Virus record (IMG/VR): IMGVR_UViG_3300005805_000101
Coordinates: 1 to 58,746 of that record
Origin: a virus
Lineage: Duplodnaviria > Caudoviricetes
DNA length: 58,746 bases
Reading direction: 5' to 3' (one strand)
The translations under genes were made by a program, and so were the position numbers. Under the pieces are notes generated by a model. That model saw only the letters and a program-made list of their open reading frames with translations. It searched no databases and had not been told where the DNA came from. Positions 8,071-16,598 of the stretch are shown here, in pieces (within the stretch, counting starts at the first letter, position 1; each line of letters begins with the position of its first letter).

Positions 8071-10229
8071 TTTTTTCCTCCGGGTCTAGGTATTGCAGGC
8101 GATGATGGACCTTTTGGAGCTTTTGGAGATTCAGGTTTGTTGATATCTTTAGCGTTTGGATATACCGGATCCATTGGCACCGGAGGATCTACATCTGGAT
8201 GGCCTTTTTTTGAAGACCAAGTTCCTGTTAAATCATTGGGTCCACTTTTTTCAATCGATCCTTCGTCAAGATCATCTTTAATCAATAAACTATCTAAGAG
8301 TGCTTCTAGTTCTTCATCCAGTCCTACTACACGAACATCCTCTGCCATTGGGTTGTCGCCTAGTTTTGGTTTATCTGCATACTGACGCTTTTCTCTATTT
8401 AAATCGTTTCCTTGATGTATAATACTATCAACGGAGTGATATTCCTCATTGGGGTCATTGGCATACTCCATCATTTCATCGTCATCTTTACTGACCATAA
8501 TCACTGGTTCTTCTGTATGAGAATCATGCCCTAAGTGACCCATGCCAGCAAGTTTTAACATTTGCATTAATGCCTCGGCATCACTACCTTGTGCCGAAAT
8601 AGTCACGGTTTTATTTCCATCGCTGCTCATGTTGGTGCTGATATTCATTGAGTCTCTCTGATCCATGCTCATATCACCGCACTCGTCAACACGACTTTCA
8701 CTTAAACCCAAACCGGCCAGACGTGCTAATTCGCTTAATGTATCATCCATCACAGGCATCACTGTTTCCTGGAACTGACGTTCATATCCCATTGTGGCCA
8801 ATTCATCCTCGAAACGATTGCCTACCCATTGGAACGGATCGCCTTCTCTTGCTTTTGCCACACCATATGGCATTTCTCCATTGTCAACATAATAGTCATA
8901 AAGTGCGTTGTACAAATCATCATCTAGTTCGTCGCCATTTAAAAATCTTTTGGTTTCATGTTTGAATCTTGTAACAATATGTTCTAAGTTGTTACCGGCT
9001 TCAAGCATGACACTTTCTGATACTTTTTGGGGCAGACCTTTGTGCTTGGTGCTTGCATAATCTTTGGCCGCTTTCTTTGGCATGTCTTTAGCTGTTTTCT
9101 TTAATTCCTTACTTGCACCTTTAACTTTTTCGCCCTTTTGCATAGCATGAACCATGCCCATAAATTTTTGTTGCTGCTTACTTACAGCTTTTTCGTTCAA
9201 CAGAATTCCGCTTAAACGCAGCATATCAATGAAAGCTTCTTCTATCTGATCGTCAATGGATTCTTCTGCAACTTCTTCATCCAGATCTTCTTCAAATTGT
9301 TGACCTCCCATAAAAGAACCAGCCGCACTGCTCCTTGATTTAGCAATCTCGTCGGGTGATCGACTCTTGAGAGTCCCACCACTGCCTGTTGTTATCGGCG
9401 CACCACTACCTGATGTTACAGTAGGTGCTTGTGATGCTGGCATGGCCGCTGCCGGTGTTGGGCTACTAAACACACCTTTAGGTTGTTCTGGTGCTGCCGC
9501 CTGACTAGATGCCTGTGCTTTACCAACCTCAGGACTAACTATAGCGGGATTTTGTGCTAGTCCATTGTCAGCCGGAGCAGGAGTAGTTGCTGCGGCAAGA
9601 CCTGGTGGAGTCGCCGGTGATGCTTGTGCGGGGGCGGTTGGTTGAGCTTGGATAGTTGGCGCCATGCCTGACAGTTTAGCGAATGAATCTTGTGCGGCTT
9701 TCTGTGATGCTGCTGCGGCAAATTTACCACCTATATTTTGTCCAGCAGCAATATCAGCTGCTACAGGAGGTGCAGCAGGTGCAGCAGGAGCAGCATCGGC
9801 TGATGGTCTCATTGCTGTAGCTTGTTGAGCCATAGCTGCTGGATCCATACCACCGGTTCCAGTGTCACTGGGAGCGGGTGTCCCAGCTGGCGGAGCAGCG
9901 TTGGCATCTCTGGCATTTGCAGTTCTTTGATCGCCGCCTGCGTAATTACTTGTCTGTGTCTGAGCAGCCGTGGCTTGTACTGCTGGTGCGGTTGCTGGTT
10001 GAGCCTTTGGCTTAGCTGCTTGACCAGAAGGTTTGGCTTTAGTGTTTCCGGCCATTCCTGTTCCTGCTACAGGAAATCCACTTGCTCCTGTACCAGTCTT
10101 AGGTGTATTGCCGGCCATTCCTGTTCCTGGTACAGTGCCAGGCTTGGTTACATTTCCTGGTTTTCCTATATTTCCAGTCTGGTATTCATTTAAAATGTCA
10201 CTGTACTGTCTCATTAACTTTGGGTTCAT
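8067..10229 (-). CDS. Large modular low-complexity protein (putative internal/ejected protein)
   Basis: 720 aa; Ala/Pro-rich N-third with repeated PxxGTGMAGNT; KAVSKQQQKFMGMV module; three L(R/K)L(A/S)G motifs; TAAATA at 10254-10249. Confidence 0.65.
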   Translation of the reverse strand: MNPKLMRQYSDILNEYQTGNIGKPGNVTKPGTVPGTGMAGNTPKTGTGASGFPVAGTGMAGNTKAKPSGQAAKPKAQPATAPAVQATAAQTQTSNYAGGDQRTANARDANAAPPAGTPAPSDTGTGGMDPAAMAQQATAMRPSADAAPAAPAAPPVAADIAAGQNIGGKFAAAASQKAAQDSFAKLSGMAPTIQAQPTAPAQASPATPPGLAAATTPAPADNGLAQNPAIVSPEVGKAQASSQAAAPEQPKGVFSSPTPAAAMPASQAPTVTSGSGAPITTGSGGTLKSRSPDEIAKSRSSAAGSFMGGQQFEEDLDEEVAEESIDDQIEEAFIDMLRLSGILLNEKAVSKQQQKFMGMVHAMQKGEKVKGASKELKKTAKDMPKKAAKDYASTKHKGLPQKVSESVMLEAGNNLEHIVTRFKHETKRFLNGDELDDDLYNALYDYYVDNGEMPYGVAKAREGDPFQWVGNRFEDELATMGYERQFQETVMPVMDDTLSELARLAGLGLSESRVDECGDMSMDQRDSMNISTNMSSDGNKTVTISAQGSDAEALMQMLKLAGMGHLGHDSHTEEPVIMVSKDDDEMMEYANDPNEEYHSVDSIIHQGNDLNREKRQYADKPKLGDNPMAEDVRVVGLDEELEALLDSLLIKDDLDEGSIEKSGPNDLTGTWSSKKGHPDVDPPVPMDPVYPNAKDINKPESPKAPKGPSSPAIPRPGGKK

Positions 10230-10262
10230 TTTACTTCCTTGTTTTGTATATTTACTATAAAA

Positions 10263-12008
10263 TTATTTTTTTGACAAACCAGCTAACCATGTTAAAGTGC
10301 CCAATGACATTGATCCTTCGTCAATTGTCTTTAACTCTGTATCTGGTTCTCTATCTGGTACAGCTTTTCTCATTCTTGCCAAGATAAACGGATCAGTTGG
10401 ATCTGCTTTGCCCATCCATTTTTGTTGTTCGGGGCTTAACTTTTCCCACGCAGCAATTTTTGGATCAACTGCGGGTAAGTGTGGATTATTTGAACGAACA
10501 GAACGAGTGGCAGGTATATCATCCGTCTGTGATCTACTGTCAATTGAAGGTTTAGCACTTTGACCATCAAATGCTACTGGCTTTTCCCTGGCTGCTTTAG
10601 CTATATCGGCGAATCGCTGCATTTGTGCTAACTTCTCGGCTGCTGCTGCCCGGGCGGCAGTTACACTAGGTTCTTCTTTACCTATGTCTTTTCTGTCTGT
10701 TCTACGAGAGTAGTCACTGCTATCCATGTTTGAATCATCAGATCTTGGTTGATAGGTATCATAGGCCGGTTTTTCGGGCTCAGGCTTCGCCGGGGTTGAT
10801 CTAGGTGGGCTTGGTCTTGGCGGAGTGGGACTAGGACCAAGTTCTGCGTCTGGCGGAGTTGGCATTGGGCCCTGGCCTTTTTCTCCTGACGCTAATCCAT
10901 AACCAATCAAACCACCACCTGCTGCGCCAGCCAATGTAGAAGCAGTGCGACTCAATGGCTTACCACTTTTAGCTGCTGTGGCTGCAACATCATCAGCTGC
11001 ACCTGCAGTTTTAGATGCGGCGGATGATACCCCGGTATCACCACCTTTACGCCATACTGCCGGAGGCTTGGTGCCAATGTTTTTTATATCATCTACGGAT
11101 TTAATATCTTTTGGGTCAGTTCTGCTAACATATTTTAGTTCACTGTCTACTCCTCGCACTTTATCAAAAGTTTTCCCACTTTTTCTAATTGTACTGGCCG
11201 GTAATGCTTCTGCACCGCCGCCTAATTGTGAAACAATTTTACCAAAAGCACCAGCCTTACCTTCTTGTGTATTTTTACGTAAAAATTCTTTACTTTTCAT
11301 TTTCTTATTTCCTTCTTTTAACCATGGATTATTTGGATCAGCTTTTTGTGCTATTTTTTCTGCGGCTGTGTCTGCTGCCAGGCCACCAGCAGTACCGGCT
11401 ACGAATTTTGATAAATTTCCTGCTTGAGGCGTCACACGAGCTAATGCTTTAGTTCCTAATGCTGCTCCACCAAGAAAAGTCGGACTAGCTACTGTGCCTG
11501 TTATTTCTCCAGCTGTTGAAGCCATTGGACTTCTTTGGCCAGCAGCACCACTTTTTCCGTATTCTTTTTTTAATTCTGTTTCATAATCTTGGCCACCTGT
11601 TTTACTAGATAACCATGCTGCTGCTTTATCCGCATAACCAAATGTAGCAGCATTGGCCATGGCACGAACAAAGTCGTCTGCCGTTTGTAATTGAGATTGT
11701 GCTTTTTGTTGGGCACTAGGCAATTTGCTAGGCTGTTCTGGTTGAGCAGGAGTTGCAGGATCTGCCTTGGGTGTAGTTCTCTTGGCACCTTGTCCAGATG
11801 ACTGACCAGTTGACTGAGCTATCTTGCTTAGACTATCCCCAGGTTTGACGGTATAGGTTCCGCCGCCGGGTAATTGTAATTTTTGTCCTGGGTAAATTTT
11901 ATTTGGATCTGATATTGAATTTTTGTTAGCCGCATAGATACTTTTCCAATTGGAATCTTCTCTTATAATTGAATTTAAATAATTGTTGAAATCTTTTAAT
12001 TCTTTCAT
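10263..12008 (-). CDS. LysM-domain protein with low-complexity C-terminal region
   Basis: WKSIYAANKNSISDPNKIYPGQKLQLP-GGG-TYTVKPGDSLSKIA is a LysM with its two halves swapped (circularly permuted). Confidence 0.8.
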   Translation of the reverse strand: MKELKDFNNYLNSIIREDSNWKSIYAANKNSISDPNKIYPGQKLQLPGGGTYTVKPGDSLSKIAQSTGQSSGQGAKRTTPKADPATPAQPEQPSKLPSAQQKAQSQLQTADDFVRAMANAATFGYADKAAAWLSSKTGGQDYETELKKEYGKSGAAGQRSPMASTAGEITGTVASPTFLGGAALGTKALARVTPQAGNLSKFVAGTAGGLAADTAAEKIAQKADPNNPWLKEGNKKMKSKEFLRKNTQEGKAGAFGKIVSQLGGGAEALPASTIRKSGKTFDKVRGVDSELKYVSRTDPKDIKSVDDIKNIGTKPPAVWRKGGDTGVSSAASKTAGAADDVAATAAKSGKPLSRTASTLAGAAGGGLIGYGLASGEKGQGPMPTPPDAELGPSPTPPRPSPPRSTPAKPEPEKPAYDTYQPRSDDSNMDSSDYSRRTDRKDIGKEEPSVTAARAAAAEKLAQMQRFADIAKAAREKPVAFDGQSAKPSIDSRSQTDDIPATRSVRSNNPHLPAVDPKIAAWEKLSPEQQKWMGKADPTDPFILARMRKAVPDREPDTELKTIDEGSMSLGTLTWLAGLSKK

Positions 12009-13660
12009 TTTTTTCCAGCTAATTTTAATATAATTTCTAATTCTGATTGTATATTTATTGATTCTGGTACTTTTATCTTTTCCTTTTCCTCCGGAGGCAC
12101 TCTACCGTGTGTCACCGTATCAATAAATTTATCCCATGCACCTTTGTCTGATGGCGGTGTAGACATAGGCTTTTCTGTATCTATATTTTTAACTGCTCCG
12201 CCTGCGGCAGCACCAGCTGGAGTTTTTCCGACCCAGTTAGAATCTTTCCACTCTACATCTTTAACATCAGCCGGGACACTTTTTTCAGCAGCTGGCGAAG
12301 GTTTTTGAGATTGTTGTGGAACAACAGTTGTAGGCTCCGAGGGCATAATTCGTTTGGCTGCTGCTCTATTTGCTGCTAATTCTTTATCAGCTTGAGCCAC
12401 TATGTCAGCAATGGTTGGTCCCGAAGGCACATATTTAGGTGGTTGTATTTTTGCCTTAGATAGTGGCGGAGTTGTGCTACCAGCAGATGCTGCGGCGTCT
12501 GTTTTGTCTGATGGTTTGGCTCCGCTACCACTAAACGGCTTGGTGCTAGCAACTGTAGTTGATCCACTGTCTGGTCCATATTTTTCAATTTGTGCTAATA
12601 ATTCATTTCCACGTTTGCTACCAGGAGCATACAACGATCCACCAATGGCATAAATTACATCTTGATGTGCTGCTCGTTGATTGTCGAAAGTTTTTTTATG
12701 TAATCCAGCATTTTTTAGATACTGTACTGACGCAGCATTGGCTAATGCCGGATCACGAAGCAGCAAATCAGGGTCTTTAACCAGTGCTCCGTTTAGTCCT
12801 AAATCTTTATCTATTCTTGCGTAGTTGTCTTTACCTGTAATCTGAATTGGGCCGCGGCCACGATATTTGTATCCACCAATATTTTTGTAGGCCGCATTTA
12901 AAAATACCTGGTTACCTTGTGCCTTGAGATTGTTTAGTTGTGTGTCGTCTAGATTACTAAACTGCGGAAAAGCTTTTCTTAATCTTTTATTTGAAGTAGT
13001 AGTCCAATCCATTTCGCCAATGTTACGACCGCCAGATTCCTGTCTTGCTTTGGCTAGAATTGCTTTTCTTACATATGGATCAGAAAAATTTTTCTCTACT
13101 TCAATTTCAAAGCTTGATTTTTTATCAGCTTCGTTTACCTTGAACTTTTTTTTTATGCCTTCATTTTGTTGACCTGGCCAATCTTTGAATCTTTCTGCCG
13201 ATCTCTGACGAATTTTACTAACATAATCACCGTCATCTTGAACTCCCGGCTGAGGCTCAGAATCTTGATCTTGATCTGGCTCAGGTAAAGCATCAACGGC
13301 CTTACGCACTGTGTCACTTACAGATTTATCACCTGTGGCCCCTTTATAAAAATCCGAGGCAACATCTTTAACAGTCCCAACAACATCAGTGAATCCTCGT
13401 CCTAAAGCAGTACCAACTGATGGGTTGTCTGGGTCTGTTAGATAATGTTTGGCGCCTAATACTCCTGTGCCAATAGTTCCGTATTTTAGAGCCTGACCTT
13501 TTAATGTCTTTGGAGGTACTAAAATTACTTCGGGGGCAGCTTGAGCTGTTTGTTGTGCTGTTTTAGCTGCTCCCTTTCCGGACATTTTTGAACCTAGTTT
13601 TACTAGGCCTTTTCCTATAAGAGATCCAACACCTTCGCTTATAATTTCATTGATTTTCAT
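12005..13660 (-). CDS. Protein with glycoside hydrolase family 19 (chitinase/lysozyme-like) domain
   Basis: ARQESG...GE and GYKYRGRGPIQITGKDNY...LVKDPDLL are GH19 phage-lysin motifs, flanked by low-complexity regions. Confidence 0.85.
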   Translation of the reverse strand: MKINEIISEGVGSLIGKGLVKLGSKMSGKGAAKTAQQTAQAAPEVILVPPKTLKGQALKYGTIGTGVLGAKHYLTDPDNPSVGTALGRGFTDVVGTVKDVASDFYKGATGDKSVSDTVRKAVDALPEPDQDQDSEPQPGVQDDGDYVSKIRQRSAERFKDWPGQQNEGIKKKFKVNEADKKSSFEIEVEKNFSDPYVRKAILAKARQESGGRNIGEMDWTTTSNKRLRKAFPQFSNLDDTQLNNLKAQGNQVFLNAAYKNIGGYKYRGRGPIQITGKDNYARIDKDLGLNGALVKDPDLLLRDPALANAASVQYLKNAGLHKKTFDNQRAAHQDVIYAIGGSLYAPGSKRGNELLAQIEKYGPDSGSTTVASTKPFSGSGAKPSDKTDAAASAGSTTPPLSKAKIQPPKYVPSGPTIADIVAQADKELAANRAAAKRIMPSEPTTVVPQQSQKPSPAAEKSVPADVKDVEWKDSNWVGKTPAGAAAGGAVKNIDTEKPMSTPPSDKGAWDKFIDTVTHGRVPPEEKEKIKVPESINIQSELEIILKLAGKK

Positions 13661-14424
13661 CTTGCAAACTTATCTTTTTTAGGACGGCCACGACCTTTTT
13701 TCTCATCGCCGGTGTCCTTTTCTGAATCGTGTTTGTCATAATCACGCTCGTGTTTTACGCCAGTCTTGGTTGCAGTTTTCTTACCGTGTGCAGTCTTGCC
13801 TTCCTTTTCCTTCATACGCTTTTCAGCATCTTCCTTAGAAGGAAAACCTTCTTTGACTTGATAAGTTTTACCATCTACTTCAAAACTATCTTTGCCTTGG
13901 GCACGAGCTTTGACTAGTTCGCCACTAAATTCATTGCCTTCATCTTTTTTCTTAGCTCCGGCAATTTTATCAGCATAGGTGATCTTGTCCGGCGGTGGCG
14001 CTAATTTTGCAAATTTTTGTTGTTTAGGAGTCAATTGATCTTCAGTGTATTCTCCTTCATCCATCTTGTCGTGACGGGCACGAATCTTGGCCATCTTTTC
14101 TTTGCTGGCACCTTCGCGGCCGGCTTTTTGTAATGCCTTCATGCCTGTCTCGCCGTATTTCTTTTTGCCAAGATAAGCTTGTAGACCACTTTCTTCTACT
14201 TCGCTTTCTTGCATTTTTTTAAATCCGTGATATTTTTCAGTTAATTGTTTTTCGACTTTTGCAACTGCTTCAGCAATCGCGCCTTTATCAGCCTTGTCTT
14301 TCTTCTTGCTTTCATCTTTTTTATCTTCTTTCTTTTTATCCATACTCTTACTTTCTTTAAGAGTTTGTACTCGGCCTTCTAGGTTGTTTATCTTGTTTAA
14401 GATATCATAGATATTGTTGCTCAT
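13657..14424 (-). CDS. Lys/Glu-rich modular protein with C-terminal AT-hook-like motif
   Basis: 255 aa; short modules separated by x-x-E sites; ends KKGRGRPKK. Confidence 0.65.
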   Translation of the reverse strand: MSNNIYDILNKINNLEGRVQTLKESKSMDKKKEDKKDESKKKDKADKGAIAEAVAKVEKQLTEKYHGFKKMQESEVEESGLQAYLGKKKYGETGMKALQKAGREGASKEKMAKIRARHDKMDEGEYTEDQLTPKQQKFAKLAPPPDKITYADKIAGAKKKDEGNEFSGELVKARAQGKDSFEVDGKTYQVKEGFPSKEDAEKRMKEKEGKTAHGKKTATKTGVKHERDYDKHDSEKDTGDEKKGRGRPKKDKFAR

Positions 14425-15053
14425 TATTTTTTTCCTTTAATTGGTGGTAATTTATTTTGTTGGCTTCCTACAGGACTTTTAGTTCCTTGTGGCAATTGAT
14501 TTGTTGTTGCGGCTGATTTAGTTCTTTCCGAACTACGACCACTTACTAAATCTGCGTCGGACTCTAAAGCAACCATTTTTGGTGATTGTTTGTCTAATTC
14601 TTTGAGCATACTTCCTTTACGTTTTTCTCCGACTAGTTCTTGCCCACCGGCTACATCTTTTAGTTCATTGTCTAATAATAAGCTACCAGTATGATCTTTG
14701 CCTAAAGCTTCTGCATAATCATTTTGTTCGGCTGTAAGTTTGTTGTAGACACAAACCCATTCTGCTTGCATGCCTGTGCGTTCTTTTAATAATTGTGCTA
14801 TTTGTGGCGCAGTTGTAGGATATGCTACTGTTGCTTCAAATTGCCAGCACTCACAAGCACCCCATTTTGGAAATTCGCGGTGTTCTTGTATAGGTAAACT
14901 TTTTGGCTTAGATACAGAAATTAATTCATACGCATCAAGTGCATTTTTGATTTCTTCCATAATTTCGTTGGGATTTCGTTTGGCAACTTTAATTCGGAAG
15001 TCGTAACTTGTATTTCTTTCTGATATGTAGGCTTGTAAACTTTTCATATTCAA
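14424..15053 (-). CDS. Hypothetical protein
   Basis: 209-aa ORF with SD GAGGA and TAAATA box (15072-15067); N-terminus MKSLQAYISE. Confidence 0.6.
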   Translation of the reverse strand: MNMKSLQAYISERNTSYDFRIKVAKRNPNEIMEEIKNALDAYELISVSKPKSLPIQEHREFPKWGACECWQFEATVAYPTTAPQIAQLLKERTGMQAEWVCVYNKLTAEQNDYAEALGKDHTGSLLLDNELKDVAGGQELVGEKRKGSMLKELDKQSPKMVALESDADLVSGRSSERTKSAATTNQLPQGTKSPVGSQQNKLPPIKGKK

Positions 15054-15069
15054 TCCTCTTATAGGGTAT

Positions 15070-15564
15070 TTATGCGTTTTTATTCTTTTGGAGAATCTGT
15101 TCTAATAATGCATTGCGGTCTAGCACTATGCCCTGGCCTTCAATCGGTTTCCCTTCGGGATTATCTTTGGATATCTGATGATCTAACCTGGCTTTTTGTA
15201 GCTGAAGTTGTACCATCTTTAGTTTTTTATCAATCTTAGCAGTTTTGGCTGTAATAGCATGTCCTAATAGTGTTCCTGCACTCTGTAATACTACACCAGC
15301 AAATCTAGGATCCATGTTCATACCAAGATCAAGTAGGTCCTGTGCATTCTTTTTTGCCATATCGGCTAGATCATCTAATTCTTGATCTGTTGCTGTAAGA
15401 TCCCTTACCATAGGCAATGCAGTATCTATCTTATCTATAGCATTGTCAACTTGTTCTATTACATCTTGATTATCTGCAATAGCTTTCAGTGCATCAGTGG
15501 GTTCTACTGTAACAGGAGAATCTAAATCTGGCAAATCAAATAATTCTGCAAGTTTTTTTGTCAT
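15070..15564 (-). CDS. Putative terminase small subunit
   Basis: 164-aa helical/coiled-coil protein ending ..DRNALLEQIL; size and position (after gp4-like, upstream of TerL) fit. Assignment is by inference. Confidence 0.55.
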   Translation of the reverse strand: MTKKLAELFDLPDLDSPVTVEPTDALKAIADNQDVIEQVDNAIDKIDTALPMVRDLTATDQELDDLADMAKKNAQDLLDLGMNMDPRFAGVVLQSAGTLLGHAITAKTAKIDKKLKMVQLQLQKARLDHQISKDNPEGKPIEGQGIVLDRNALLEQILQKNKNA

Positions 15565-15572
15565 GCCCGTAT

Positions 15573-16010
15573 TTATCGGGGGCGACCTTGGTGGAAGATA
15601 TCATTTTCAGTGACTACCCTGAACCGTAATCCGTTTTGACTACACCAGGCTTGTGCTGCTTGCCATTTATACATATTAAGCACTGCGGCCGCTTGATCAC
15701 GCATACTTTTTCCTGCAGCTTCCAAGGTGGTTTGTTTAGAAGGTTTTATTTCGATTAATTCTCCAAATTTTTCGCCGTTTTTGTTTACATAAACAATCAT
15801 AAAATCTGGTACGTAAATTGTATTTCTATTTGTAAAAGGATTTTTATAGGGTATGTTTATTGCTTCGCTTGCCCATTGTAGAACCGCAGGATTTTCATCG
15901 CAAAAACGCATAAATGAATGTTCCCAAGAACTACGGAAGTGTGGGACTTTCTTTCCTACATATTTGTCAGGATTTATAATTTGATAGAATCCATTGGCAA
16001 ATTTTAACAT
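15573..16010 (-). CDS. gp4: Head completion nuclease (T4 gp4 / TnsA-like PD-(D/E)xK)
   Basis: NPDKYVG...FRSSWE..FM.FCD.NP.V.QWASE...IPY...YVPDF...IEIKP..KW.AA..WC...F.V.TE. Confidence 0.88.
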   Translation of the reverse strand: MLKFANGFYQIINPDKYVGKKVPHFRSSWEHSFMRFCDENPAVLQWASEAINIPYKNPFTNRNTIYVPDFMIVYVNKNGEKFGELIEIKPSKQTTLEAAGKSMRDQAAAVLNMYKWQAAQAWCSQNGLRFRVVTENDIFHQGRPR

Positions 16011-16408
16011 TATGGTAATATAGTACGTAGAATATATCTGTTGATAGTAGGTTGGTTAGTTGTTCCTAGATATGATGTTCCAACTCTGTTCAAATTTAAA
16101 AACAAAGTTGTATAATCATCAAGTTCTCCGCGTGGTAATTTTTGAAATTCTTTCAACGTTTCTAAAGGATTGGTTCCCTGTTTTATGCTTGTATAAATTA
16201 CTGCACTAGCTAACATCCTTGCAGCTTCTTTGTTTTCTGTAATCGTTTCAAAATAGGAAACTATGACTGAATCAATGGCCGAAGATACCTCAATTGGTAT
16301 GTCAAAAAAGTTATTAAAATATTTTTGAACATTTTTCTCTACCAATGCATTAAGATTTACTTGTTCTAGGTTTGTAGGGTTTTTAATTGTATTAACAAAA
16401 TTTGCCAT
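16010..16408 (-). CDS. Hypothetical protein
   Basis: 132-aa ORF coupled to gp4 (TAATG overlap). Confidence 0.6.
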   Translation of the reverse strand: MANFVNTIKNPTNLEQVNLNALVEKNVQKYFNNFFDIPIEVSSAIDSVIVSYFETITENKEAARMLASAVIYTSIKQGTNPLETLKEFQKLPRGELDDYTTLFLNLNRVGTSYLGTTNQPTINRYILRTILP

Positions 16409-16591
16409 TTAATCTTTTGCCTTTACTTGATTGCTAGGAACTAAAGGAACTTTATTATTGAATTTAGATATAATATATTCTTGATACACTTTTTCTATGG
16501 TATTTGTATTTCTTTCAGATTGTTCTGCAGAAGTCATACCGCTACCATTACCAAAAACGCTCGAAGTAAATATCTGACTATTTGAAATCAT
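16409..16591 (-). CDS. Small hypothetical protein
   Basis: Probable start ATG 16591 (MISNSQIF) with AGGA SD; fills the gap exactly up to the next start at 16408. Confidence 0.45.
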   Translation of the reverse strand: MISNSQIFTSSVFGNGSGMTSAEQSERNTNTIEKVYQEYIISKFNNKVPLVPSNQVKAKD

Positions 16592-16598
16592 TTTTATC

